Part shown: one piece after another, positions 13,616 through 26,711 of the stretch
Numbering within the stretch: the stretch's first letter is position 1
Layout of the letters: the number at the start of each line of letters is the position of its first letter
DNA from: Octopus vulgaris
Taxonomy: Eukaryota
Length of the DNA: 64,000 bases
Assembly (NCBI GenBank): GCA_951406725.2
Contig: OX597824.1
Location: 46,438,001-46,502,000, forward strand
Reading direction: 5' to 3'
Notes under the pieces: model-generated
Told to the model about the DNA's origin: nothing
The model's input: the letters and a program-made list of their open reading frames with translations, nothing else
Databases searched by the model: none
Made by a program: the position numbers and the translations under genes

Positions 13616-15439
13616 GTTTGTACTTTTTTTGTTGTTTCTGCATTTGATTTACTTTTAGTATGACTTGCATGAGTTTAGGAATATCAAGTTGTTGAAGCAA
13701 ATATTTCAATTGCTGAAGGACTTTGCCATTTGATTAATGTATAATTTTTGTTTAATTCTTTTTTGAAAGAAGAAATTGATCTGAACTCTTTAAACTACAA
13801 AAATCACTTGTTTATTTCTTGTTACTTTACCACTCTGCTACTCTCTCTCTTTCTCTTCCTTTCTTCCTTTTTTATTCTCTCCTTTCTTCCTTGTCTCACC
13901 TCTCTTCCTTGTCTCTCTCTTTATCTCTACTTATTTTTTTTTCTGTTATTACTTGCTTCACTGCTTCTGAAAAAGAGCTTCTTTCAATAGAGAACTATAT
14001 GGAAGTCCAACAGGTCTATGATAAATAATTTTCTCTGTGGATGACTAACATTACCATTGTCATGTCTTAATGGAAAAATTCCAGCCTAAATCTGTTTGAT
14101 ATATATTGCTAAACTTCAGTACCTCTGAACTCTTAATCTTACAGCAGATTATTATTTCCTTCACAGGAGCTAAAATCTTTCAGTTTGCAATGCATAATTT
14201 TAAAAATATGTCCAGATCTTTGATACATCATTCATATCTGCTAACCCTAACCCTGTTCATACTAACCCATGTTTAATTTAACTTAATTCATCATAATCGT
14301 AGTTTTACCTCTTATACCCTGTCAACTCATTTCATTAATAATATATCTATGTGAATATCTTATCTTGTTCCTGCTCTGGAAATGAGCATATCTTGTTCAG
14401 TTGTTTCCTTAATCTGTCTTTTATTTAATTTAATTTACCATAAACATAGTTTTTACCTCTTATTATCCTGTTTTACCTTGTCTCCTCTTTTTATCATTAA
14501 TGTATCTATATAAATATCTTATCTTATCTCTCTTTTCTCTCTATTAAAGGCCCTCCTCTAGATATGAGCATATTTCATTCAGTTACTTCTTCATAATGAC
14601 ATCAGAGAGATGGTTTTGTATTCTTCCCCTAACATTGTCTACAACTTTGCCAAAATGGTTTCCACTTCTAGCTACTAATCTCTTCTTCCTGTTGCTGCTA
14701 TTATAAATAAACACTTTGGCCATTGTACTGTCTCTCAAATGATTTCTCTGGATTCTACATGCCTCTTATGCAACAAAAATATGAAATAAGTTTTTTTTTT
14801 TTTTATTGATGTATAATTCATGTCTGCTATTTGCATTTTTGTCCTATTTATATTAATCCGTGTTTAATTTAACTTATTACACCATAATTGTAGTTTTGCC
14901 TCTAATACTCGGTTTTACCCTGTCTTCTCATTTCATCATTAATGTATCTATGTGAATATCTTATCTTGTTCCTGCTCTAGAAATGAGCATATCTTGTTCA
15001 GTTGTTTCCTTACATATGATGCACCCACCCTTTCCTGCCCCACACCTATACTGGCAACCTCTCTTATCTACCGGAAACCTCTCTTGGCATCTCTTCTTCC
15101 CTCTTTCTTCATCCTCTTCTTCATGTGTCCTTCTGCCCTTCCTCTCTCCTCAGGGTCTCTCACCCACATTACTGCAAGACACATGGCATCATTTTTATAC
15201 CCTGCACTAACATGTTGTTGTTGAAAAGTGCTTATCAATTAATTTCTCTTTGTATTAACAATGCATATATAGCACTCAACGATTTCTATTTATCTTTGTA
15301 TTAATAATGTTCATATAGCACTCACTACCAGTAGATGCAGCAAGTGTAACATGAATGGATGATGATATTAAATGCAAGGACATCTTTTCAGATGTCACAT
15401 GCTGTCCCCCTTCTCCCTGTTCCCCTCTTGCCTTCCCTT

Positions 15440-17390
15440 TCACATCCTTATACTATCAGTATAGGTACATTGAAAGATAAGTCTGGTGAGATTGTTAAGA
15501 TGCTTGAATGGAGGAGGTATGTTGATGTGTGTTGCATTCAAGTGGAGAGGTGCTTCAGCTAGATTCTACACAGGCAAAAAACATCTGAGAAGGCAACAGT
15601 GAAGGGGTGGGTGGAATGGGCATACTTCTAGCTGAGAAATAAGTGAATAAGGTGATTGAGGTAGTCAGAGTGTGTGATAGCATACTTAAGCTTAAACTAG
15701 TTTTGCAAAATAGTACAGCAACAGTAATCTCTGCCTATGCCCCTCAAACAGGTCTACTAAATGAACAGAAGGATCATTTTTATGATATTCCTTTGCAGAC
15801 CAATCTCAAAGACAAATGACAATGACCTTCTTTTCATGGCTGGTGACTTCAATGGACATGTTGGGCAGTTATTGGTCATCTTCCATAGTGTACTTGGTGA
15901 CCATGGAGTTGGTTCCTGTAATAAGGAGGGAACAAGGCTTCTGGAGTTTTGTGATGCAAATAACCTAATGGTCTGCTACACCAACTTCAGAAAACCTGCC
16001 AGCCACCTGATAGCCTATCAGTCTATTGGCTAAGCTTGCCATATAGACTACATTCTCACCAGAAAGCTAGGTACATGGTTGCTCATAAATGCAAAGGCTT
16101 TCCCTAGAGAAAAATGTACCCCTTAGCATAGGTTAGCCATTAGCAACTTCAGATTACAGGCTAGAAAGATTCCAAGAAGCAGGTCAGTCTGGAAAAGAAG
16201 AATCTGGAAGCTTACAGATTCTTTTGATAGTCAGAGATTTAGTGATGTTCCATCTGAAGCATTTAATGAGGAGGAAGACTTACAGACATGTAATGTAGAG
16301 GGTAACTACAAGTTCCTATGGGACAACTTGCTTTGGCTTGTACAAAGTTCCAACCAGACCTAGAGTGATATGGGGATGGAACAGTGTAGTTGACAAGGCC
16401 ATTAGAGAAAAGAAATGGTAGTAAAGAACTATAGTAGGTAGCTAGAAGGGAAGTTAAGAAACAGGTGTACTTAGCCACAAAAGAAGCAGAAAGGAAGCTG
16501 CTTACCCGGAATATAGCATCTATAGTACTTCTCCCTGGCACAAAACCAAACTGCATCTCATCTAGACTAACTCTCTCCTTAATTAGTTGGGCTATGGCAT
16601 TCCCGGTAACTATCATCACCTGGCCCAGCAGTTTGATACCTCTGTAATTATTTCTGTCTACCTTTGTAGCAGTTAACTGTAATGCTGCTAGACCAGTTGT
16701 TTGGTATGACTCCCTCTTGGACAACCTGATTAACTATACAAATAACTAGGCCATATCCCACTCCACCAGATATCTTATGCATCTCAGCATTGATTACTGA
16801 TGGGTTGGTTTGCAAGACAATGTGTCAGGAACAATCTTGATGTAGGAGGGAAGTGCATTTGCATGGATGATGGTTCACTTGCAATTAATGACAAGTGAGC
16901 AGGACATTTGGCGAATTGCTGTGCTTAAGAAGACACGCCATGCTAAGTGAAATCATGGTTGTGGTCAGTGCTGGTGATGTGTGAATGGCACTCAGGCCAG
17001 TGACACATAAGACACCTATGCCGGCGACATGTAAAAAGCACCCGTGCTGGTGACACATAAAAGGCACCCGTGCCGGTGACACATAAAATGCACCCATGCC
17101 GGTGACATGTAAAAAGCATCCGTGCCGGTGACATGTAAAAGGCACCTGTGCCGGTGACACGTAAAAGGCACTTGTTCTGGTAACACATAAAAGACACCCA
17201 TGCTGGTGACATGTAAAAGGCACCCATGCTGATGACATGTAAAAGGCACCCAGTATACTGTGGACTGGTTGACATTAGGAAGCTGTAGAAACCAAGCCAA
17301 AACAGACTGGAGCTGGTGCAGCTTTCTGGCTTCTTCAGTCAAACCATCTAACCCAGAAAACAAATGTTAAATGATGATGGTGATGATACA
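15440..17390. mobile_element. Rearranged RTE-clade LINE remnant
   Basis: + strand APE endonuclease motifs (VDVCCIQ, AGDFNGHVG, EGTRLLEFC); - strand RT motifs at ~16500-16810 (NYRGIKLL, QFGFVPGRSTIDAIF); + strand 3' UTR ending in (TGA)n. Confidence 0.85.
17019..17252 (+). repeat. Minisatellite, 9 x 26 bp
   Basis: Consensus TGCCGGTGACATGTAAAAGGCACCCR; units directly adjacent, without spacers. Confidence 0.95.
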
Positions 17391-17583
17391 GGAGATATCA
17401 ACATCAATGACTGAATACAAATGTTTGACTTTTCAACCTTCTGCATGACACAAGGTAAGGATGGGTCTTGGTATTTTCTTTCTTGCCAAGGTAATGCTGA
17501 TAATGAGCCTCACAAGACATTGGAATTGGTTGGGTATCTGCATGCACACGAGTGGATGTGTGTGCACAAGTGCATGCATGCAA

Positions 17584-17617
<34 letters not shown>

Positions 17618-17769
17618 TGTGTGTGTGTGTGTGTGCATGTGTGTGAATATTTCATACTTCCCTCATCGACATGTGTTTGCAAAGTTGTAAACAATGGCAT
17701 CACTGATGGTATCATTTGCAAGTGGATGAACACTCCACAGACACATGTACTCTTAATGTAGTTGTCAAG

Positions 17770-17962
17770 GAGATTCAGCATGACACAGAATGTGACAAGC
17801 CTGGCCCTTTGAAATATAGGTACTACTCATTTTTGTCAGTTGAGTGAACTAGAGCCATGGGAAATAAAGTGTCTTGTTCAAGGACACAATGCATCACAGG
17901 GAATTAAACTCACAATCTTACAATCATGAGCCAAATACCCTAACCACTAAGCCATGTACCTT
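17770..17962 (-). mobile_element. SINE copy (second family)
   Basis: gtgtcttgttcaaggacacaa...ccctaaccactaagcca; related copies near 19650, 41420 and 62820. Confidence 0.65.
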
Positions 17963-18830
17963 AATTCACCTCATTGTTTAATAATTCAGTGAATACTTCA
18001 TATTATTGCACTGTGTTTTTTTGTTTTTTGATTTTCCTGACCCATCTGAGTATTTCAATTTATTATTGCAAATGAAAAAATGAATTACACAGTTTCCTAT
18101 TGAGGTCTTTTGTAACTCCCCATTGTAGTTTGTTGCAGTTAGGTCAACTGGACAATCGATTATTTGATTTCTTTATCAGGGGTGTAACAGAACCCCTGTA
18201 ATAAAATATAAAACTTTACTCCATTGGCTTATTTATTGATTTGATCATATGTGACTCTACTGTAATACTGTTTCTAATTTAGGCACATAGCAAAATATCT
18301 AGAAGGGAAACAGTTAGCCAGTACTATCAACCCCAATACTTGACTATTTTATCAGCCCCTGAAAGGATGAAAAACAAAGTTGACTGTAGTGGGATTTGAA
18401 CACAGAACATAAACAGCTATAATTGTATCAGTTCTCCAGTATGTCTCTGGAGAATTGAACTGTAAATTTGGCCCCTGTGGGATTTAAACATTGAATATTG
18501 CTCAATCTAAATATTGAAATGCATTTAGTCCAGTGCTTTACATTTTTTCTGCACTCTACCCTTATTTGACTTAACTATGACATTGGTACCTACAAACTAG
18601 TACCATATGATTTAGTAGCCAGGAAATTAAACTGATACTTGTTCTAGTATAGACTAACATGCAGTGTTTGGCAGAGTTTCAATCATCGCATGTCTGTGAG
18701 AAATATTAAATTTTTGATTCATAGTTTTTATATTTCAACTATTCATTTTTTGGTAAAGCAATGAATTATTTTAGGTACTCTTCCCATTCACCAGAATAAG
18801 CTTATTTTTTTTTTTCTTCTTCTTTTCCAG

Positions 18831-18933
18831 ATTCTATTACAACTGAAAGGATATTTCATTATTTAGACAGAGTCCAACTCAATGATTTGGTTTCTTGTGT
18901 TGGCCGTCTTGATGCCAAGGTAGAATGGAATTG
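18831..18933 (+). CDS. ABCD4: ABCD4 coding exon
   Basis: Long polypyrimidine tract + cag, gtaagt donor; SITTERIFHYLDRVQLNDLVSCVGRLDAKVEWNW (WNW typical of ABCD4). Confidence 0.93.
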
Positions 18934-19214
18934 GTAAGTATGCTCTGCGTGAATGCACGTGCCTACATGTTTGTGCTTATGTGTACATAAACATGTACAC
19001 AACATTTAAATATACTTGTAACCTTGTGAAACTAACGTTATGTAACAAATGTATTTGTCATGTGACTATTTTGAGAAAATATTCTGTGGCTGTTAAGGTA
19101 ATTTCAGGTAACTGAAAAGGAAGTTGTTATTTAGCTCTAACTCTTCTACTTCTACTGAATAGGTTTATGGTATATTCAAAGGTATTCCAACTTTGACCAT
19201 ACCATATATTTTTT

Positions 19215-19612
19215 TTTGCTTATTTCAGTCAATAGACTGTGACCATGCTGGGGCACCACCTTGAAGAATTTTAAGTCAAATGACTCAACCCCAGTACTCA
19301 CTGTTTTTTAAAGCCTGGTGCTTATTCTGTTGGTCTTTTTTGCTGAACTGTTAAGTTTCAGGGGCATAAACACACCAACACCAGTTGTCAAGTGGTGAGG
19401 GAATGCACGTGCACACACATACACACACAAATACACATGCACCCACACATATATAAATGACGGGCTTCTTTCAGTTTCTGTCTACTAAATCAACTCACAA
19501 GGCTTTGGTCAGCCTGACACTGTACTAGAAGGCATTTGTTCAAGCTGCCATGCAGTGGAACTGAACCCAGAACCATGGTTGGGAAGCAAACTTCTTACCA
19601 CACAGCCACACT
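19215..19612 (-). mobile_element. tRNA-derived SINE, near full length
   Basis: Reverse-strand homologue of 2015-2325. Confidence 0.8.
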
Positions 19613-20773
19613 TGAGCCCTTACTGTAATTTTTTTTATTTAGCTAATATGAAGTCACATGGCTTAATGATTAAGGTGTTTCGTTCATGTTCAATTCTGTG
19701 AGTTCAATTCTTGGATCAGGTGATGCATTGTATTCTTGAGTGAAGTACGTCACTTCACATTGCTCCAGTCTGGTCAACTGAAACTGTGCACCAACATGCT
19801 GCTGGTGTATCTCTATCTCTCCTTCCAGCTGTCACATTTTTGATGTTCCTCTTGGCTAAGGGCAAGGGTGCTGAGAGGATGTCTATATCTGCTTGTGACT
19901 ACATTGGTACCTAAAACAATTAAGGATGGTATTGATACAAACTACCAGGTCATACTCATTTGCAGGTGATGACTAAAACTAAGCTAAGACATCAATGAGG
20001 TATCCTTTCTTTTTTAAGATGGTAATGTATGTTTGTGGGAGACTCGGGTACTATTTCCAGCAGATCAAGCAACTGCTTGAAGCTTCTTTTATTGGTTTCC
20101 CACAAAGGATAGTTTTGTTGGATTGAATAGTAGTTGTCCTGTGGTCTGTTGAAGTTAGTATAGTCACACAATAATCTTAAGGGCCATCAATCTAGATTGA
20201 CTCTTGTGACTTAGGTTTATAAGTTTGTAATTTACATGAACAGAGAAGTAGTCTGTGTTTGTCTATGTGCATACAGCACATGATTCATCATCCTATGTGG
20301 ATATAGCATATAATCCATTAACCCACATGCATATAACACAACATGATCCTACATGTACTTGCATATAACAACATGATTTGCCATCCTACATGCATATGAC
20401 ATAACATGTTCCTTTGTCCATTTGGTATCTAAATATTCGGAGAAGATTGTATGAAATGATTAGATTCACAGTTAATAGCTTTCATGGCATCTTTGAAAAA
20501 TTTGATATCTATCATCATTATCATCATCATGAACTTCATCTGTACTACCATCATCATCACCATCATTTTATGCTTGTTTCTCTTTGCTTAAGTTAGTTGG
20601 ATCTTCTCTAGCTCGCCATTTTGACATTTGTGACCTTCCTTACAGTAATTTTGGTGAATATTATATTATGGCAGTCTCACCTTTAATCAGATCACTAAAG
20701 TATCAGGTTACAAGCTAACGAGGCAAAGTTTTATTTTTTATCATTGAAGGACATCACAGAAGTCTGTTACATC

Positions 20774-21107
20774 CAGTGGCAGATTGGGTCTAAAAATATT
20801 GGTTGCCAGGAGACTAAGGGGGGTCCACCTGCAACTACAAGGTGTCTCACTCGCAACTACAAGGAGGCCCACCTGCAACTACAATGCTATCATTTAATTT
20901 ATTTTTGTTAAAAGTATTTGTTCCAACTGTCTACAAACACAGCCAGGCTGAAATAATTAATGCATTCTTCCAGGAGTGAATAAAAAATTCTCAAACTTGA
21001 AGGGATGTGCCCCTTAAATACTTACATGGGCTCCCATATATGGATTCTAATGGCGCAGGGGCCCACTTGCTATCGCACAAGCTGCCAACCTAGCCAGTTC
21101 GCTACTG
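20774..21107. mobile_element. Non-autonomous hAT-like MITE
   Basis: Imperfect TIR cagtggcagattgg/ccagttcgctactg; 8-bp TSD gttacatc/gttacatt; three internal copies of gcaactacaa. Confidence 0.7.
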
Positions 21108-21499
21108 GTTACATTCTTTGATAAAAATATTTAGCTGAAATACCCAACCACTTAGCTGTAAGTAGCTTCTACAGGGAATCAAAGTAGAGCTAACAAGGGA
21201 ACTGTAAAATTCATGAATCTTGGTTTATTTTTCCTTCCATTTTCAATAATAGACAGAAATACTCTGAGTAGCTACAAAAAAACAAAATGGGAAACCAGCA
21301 CTGCAAAAATGTGAGTTATTTCATCATTTATTGTATCCATTGAGCCTGCTGTCTCTTTCATAAGATTAAGTCACTGAGATCAGCTTTTACTTCTTATCTC
21401 TTTCTTTGATTTACTTTTCTACCATGCTTATTTCATTTGAGTCACTTCATACTTCTTCACCCAGCAGTTACCCTTTTTTTCATTACATGGCCGTACTAA

Positions 21500-21800
21500 C
21501 TTAGTCATCTCTCTTGGATGTTCTATCTGATTTCTCCTGTACTCAGTGTTTCCTCAGCTCATTTATGTTCATTCATTTGCATTAACATCCAATGTAGCAT
21601 GCTCACTTCAGTTCTTTCCAGTCTTTGTACATCCTCTGCATTCAGTCTATATGTTTCACTGTCATATAACATCCTACTTTGTACATAAACATTATATAAT
21701 CTGCCTGTCACTCTGAGAGAGAAACCTCTTGTTGCCCTCAGAAGAAATAGCTCCCAGAACTTTCTCATCTCTTCATACGCACCTCTATTGTTAATCACAT
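21500..21800 (-). mobile_element. RTE LINE C-terminal fragment
   Basis: ORF 21559-21822: KFWELFLLRATRGFSLRVTGRLY...MLYDSETY...LERTEVSMLHWM. Confidence 0.7.
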
Positions 21801-24162
21801 CATTTGAAAGAATTCTTTTCATGAATGCTCCTACTTCATATTACTCCTGTGTATCTGCTCCATATAAATTCTTTCTTCTGTGTCAGCTTGCCTGTGATCT
21901 CACTTCATCACTTGTGTACACTCATTCTTTACATTTGGAATACAGTAAAGAGTCCTTGTCTGCATGACCAGCTTTCCGATAGCATTTTAAGTCCTGTGTC
22001 TTTTCCTATCAACTAAAAATTGAACAATTTTTTTTATGTTTACCTTTGTTATGTCCAGCATTATGATGATGTATTTCATCATCTCTGTGGGACTGGCCCG
22101 AACAGCTATAGGAAAAGTAGATGAGTGGCTTGTGAACGTTGATGTAGATGAATAGCATGTGTAGATGAAGGACAAAGATGTGCAAGCCATGTGTAGAGAT
22201 GCTGTCAGTAACATAAGAATGTGCAGGATACCTACAGTATCTATATGAAAGTCAACAGATGCAAAAAGAGAGCATAAATGGTGAAAAAGTGAGTTGATTG
22301 CCTGTGACAATGTTGAGAGTGGGAAAAAGTGTGATGAAATAATATGAATGAAGAATAGTGGGCAAGATCTTTGGAAAAGGAACTGAATAAGGCAGGAAAA
22401 TGTGAACAAAGAACACTTGCTTCATTTAAGGAAGGCTTAAAGAATGAATTATCAAAGATGACTTTGTGCTCCTATGATACAGCATCAAAATGAACAAGTT
22501 GTTGTTGAAATGGATAAATTCTGTTCCTGTTGTGGTGCTTTGAAATTCCAAAACAAGCCTCTAAACTATTGCCCCAACAGTGAGGTGTAATTTCTTCTGC
22601 AATCTTATCTTGATGAATGTAAACAAAGAAGAAGCTGATAATTTCAGGGAAAATATATAAAATTGTGTAAGAAATCATTATTATTTATGTCTACAAAGTA
22701 GCAGAAAATAGTAATGTTCTGGTGCTACAGATTTTAGTCCTAACATTTTGAGTTCAAATCTCACTGACTTTGCCTTTCATCCTTTTGTGGCTTGATAAAT
22801 TAAGCAACAGTCAGTAAATTTGTGTCATTGTATCAATGACTGAAATGTTCTTAGCTGTCACTGTGCAGCTAAAAATTAAACTCCATCCTCTGTGAACTGA
22901 TAGAATTGTTAATATAACAGACAAAATGCTTAGCAGCATTTCTTCTGGCTCTTTAAATTTTGAGTTCAAATTCCACCAGCATAGACTTTACCCTTCATCC
23001 TTTCAAGGTCAATAAAGCACTGAGGTTGAGGGAGTCAACTAGGCCCCTCCCTCCATAATTTCAGGCTTTGTACCTATAATAGAAATTTATAACCTTCTGA
23101 GGTTGTCTCAATTTATTTTTACCAGATTTAGCCATTTAGTTAATGATTTGTTATCATCACTAAGGTTGTAATTTTTATCAATTAATATATCTTGGCCTAC
23201 ATCATTAAATATGCTTGCACTCTCTTTTTCCGTGTCTTCTTTATTTCCATTTTATATTGTATATCATTCCATCATTGGAGGGTTTCAGCTACTTATCAGT
23301 TTGTTTTCAGACAGTTTCAGCTGTACATTAGCCCATCCTTGGAGAGAGGCAGAGTTGATTGTATTGAATTCAGTATCTGATTGTTGCTTAATTTGTCAGG
23401 CCACAAAAGGATGAAAGGCAAAGTTGATAATAATTTCTTACACAATTATAATTTTATATATTTTTCCTGAAATTATCAGCTTCTTCTTTGCTTGCATCAA
23501 AGAATAGTTTGAATTTATCAAGATACGACTGCAGAAGCTACATCTCACTGTTAGGGCAATAGTTTAGAGGCTTGTTTTGGAATTACAAAGCACTACAATT
23601 CTAGATGCACATCAGCCTGTCCTTGGATGGCTCCAGGTATACATTTCTTTTTTTTTTCTATCAGGAAGAAGTTGCTAGACCCTCATTCAACACTTCATCA
23701 ATTCTTAAGGAAGGAAAACTAAGTAGTCCCTCATAATCCTTCTCACAGGGCAATGTAAGAGAGAATAACTGACCCCAGTAATTATTTGGTACTTCATTGA
23801 CTCTTGAAGGGTGAAAGGCAAATTACCCATTTATTAAAAAATAATTTTTTACATGCCTCCTGCTCAGTATAGATTCCATTAACGCCTAACTTCCTATATG
23901 ACTCTACTGCATGGGACTGCGTCAGTCAGCCAGTCCTGCAATACTCAACATTGTAAAAAATCATACTAACCTTGCTTACATTCCTTTTGAAAGAAAATGA
24001 GCAACTGTCTAATGTAAGAAAAAAAACTATGATTTTTTTGTATCATTACAGAACCAAGGTTTTGATTTAGAAAATTTTCAACAGGAGTTTAAGAGTTAAA
24101 ATATAACTTTTGTTCCCAAAATATTCATCTAATTTTCAAGTTTTACTTTTCAACTTGTGCAG

Positions 24163-24239
24163 GTACAATGAATTATCACCTGGACAGCAGCAGCGACTTT
24201 GTTTTGTTAGATTATTTTATCATAAACCCAAATTTGCAG
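24163..24239 (+). CDS. ABCD4: ABCD4 coding exon (ABC signature)
   Basis: tgcag acceptor, gtattt donor; YNELSPGQQQRLCFVRLFYHKPKFA. Confidence 0.95.
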
Positions 24240-24826
24240 GTATTTACATTATTACTCTTTTTACATTTTCTTGGGAACCCCCTCCCCAAGACTATTTTAG
24301 CCTGATACTTATTTTCAATGATCCATATTTGTTGAGCCTCTAAATTATGGAACGTAAAAGACATAACTTAAACACAACACCTAGTTTCAGACTAGCAGGT
24401 ATGGAAGATGGCTGTTAAATGATGATTTGATTGCAGCTGGTAAGCCAGAGGACTACACCAAACTCAACTGTCTGCTTTGGCATATTTTTACAGCTGGATG
24501 CCCTTCCTAATGCTAACCACTTTACAGAATGGACTAGTGCTTTTCATGTGGCACACACACACACACACATTGGTTGTTACAGAATTACTGAGAATTTATA
24601 AAATCATTGAATATATAATTCCTGTGACAAGCAGTAACTTTTAGTAGTTTTGCAAAAGGTAATGATGGCAGTATATCTTACAGATTCTGTAATTAATAAG
24701 GTATAGGGTATGTGCAATACAAGATGCCAGAAAAATATGAAATTTCTTTAAAAAAAGGGGAAAATAATTTTTTAAAAAACCTTGACTAAATGAAATTTAT
24801 ATGAACTTTTCAAAAATTTATTTCAG

Positions 24827-25014
24827 TTCTTGATGAATCTACCAATCAAATAAGTCCTGAGTCCGAAGAGATTATGTATTCCATGTGCAAAGAGTTTGGT
24901 ATTACAGTCCTCAGTGTTGGACATAGACAGAGTTTAACAAAATATCACCAAATGCTACTTCATATAGAAGGTGATGGTAACTGGACTATGAAACCTATAA
25001 CGAATTCTAGTTGA
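24827..25014 (+). CDS. ABCD4: ABCD4 terminal coding exon (Walker B, H-loop, stop)
   Basis: tttcag acceptor; VLDESTNQISPESEEIMYSMCKEFGITVLSVGHRQSLTKYHQMLLHIEGDGNWTMKPITNSS then TGA. Confidence 0.95.
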
Positions 25015-25280
25015 TTATTCTATGAAGTCATCAAAAGTAGCAAAAGTTCACTGTAGATAATCGCTTGTCTGCTCTACAAATAGATTTCAAATTTGACTCA
25101 ATTATATTTTCAGAGAATTGTTTTTCTATATTTATATTCATATGAAGGAATTCATTTGATTTTTAGTTTTTTAAAAAGAAAATGTATTTGTGACAAAGTA
25201 TATCTCTGTTCACATGTGTGTATTTGTGTAGAGAAAATATGTTTGTGCATGTGTGTGTGTGTGTGTGTAGAGAGAGAGAG

Positions 25281-25865
25281 CAGTGTTTCTCAACCTATCT
25301 TCTCCCAGGTTTCACCATAACTTTCCAGAAAAATGTATGCTCCACCAGTAGTTGAAAAAAAAAAAAAACAACTTTATTTCTAATATTTTATCACAATTAT
25401 TTAATACAAAAAATCTACTGGTAACTCTTTTATTAAGTGCTGAGTACAAACCGAAGTACATTATTGACTAAGAAACAAAAGTAAATCACTTTATTGAGAA
25501 CTTTGTGCCTGGCAGCTGTGGCAGATTTCCTTGATTTGAAGAGATAATTTTGTTAGCTTCAGTCATAAATCACCACGTTTTTTTTGACTTCTCATAATTA
25601 TATACTTTCCTTACAGAAATTTTCATACTAGGGCATTAGAATAGCACTATGCTGTAGCAAACAACCTTCACACAGTGTGCTTGGCTGGAAGGATTGGTTT
25701 GGGTAGGCTGACTATAGGTGTAGTATGTTTGCTCTTGAAAAACAGATTTTCACAATACCATGTCCCACCAAAAAAAAAATGGAAAAAAAACTTTGGATCC
25801 CATGACATATCACAATTTCCCCGGGCCCAATCAGTGGGACATAGACATTATGATGGGAATCACTG
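25281..25865. mobile_element. Non-autonomous hAT (Buster-type) MITE just downstream of the ABCD4 stop
   Basis: TIR cagtgtttctca/tgggaatcactg; gtgtagag on both flanks, the left copy extended by (AG)4. Confidence 0.75.
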
Positions 25866-26470
25866 GTGTAGAGAATAAATCTTTCTGTGTGTCTGTGTCA
25901 ATTGTATATCCGTTTGTATGTATATACAAACACACATTTGTTTATTTGTTTTTATGCCTGATTTTTCTATGCTAACATAAAAAAACATATTGAATCATTG
26001 ATTTACAGCTTGGTGTTCTTCTTTTTGGTAATCCTTATTTGTTTTTTAAAGGAAGGATGCCTTATTTCATGTGTCTTTGAAAAGGGCTAAGTCAGCAAAA
26101 GATTTGTGATGGGAATGTACTACATTGCCACATGTAGTACAGCAATTTTCAGAAAAGAGCAAAGTGAGCACACACACACACACACAGGCACACATGCACA
26201 TGCGCACACACACACACACACAAACATACACACATGTTAATGTTTGGTTTATGTGATGCATGTGTATACATATATAATGGAATAGTTGCTATGAAGATTT
26301 CCGTAGAATATATTGTATGAAGGATCATGAGTAAGCCCAGAACAATGCTAAATAAATGCAAGGCAAATCCCCAAAAAACAAATGTATGAAGTAATGTAGA
26401 CTTACCTTGCATTCAATATTTCGGAGTTACGACCCCATTTTCAAGAAACTCACGAATATTGCCAATGTGC

Positions 26471-26532
<62 letters not shown>

Positions 26533-26711
26533 TGTTATCGCCATATTAATATGGCATTCTTATAGAGACTTAGTAATTTTAATATTTCTATTATATATAT
26601 TTATTTATATTTATTTATTTATATATATACATTTATATTTATTTACATATATATATATTTATTTATATATATATTTATATATTTATTTATATTTATATAT
26701 ATATTTATATA

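Noticed and set aside
14270-15012. Locally duplicated ~60-130 bp segments
   Set aside because: Real but ordinary fragments of an old repeat; no structure or coding signal.
17019-17252. Regular 26-bp repeats resembling a CRISPR array
   Set aside because: No unique spacers, no cas genes, eukaryotic context; the array lies in a LINE 3' UTR.
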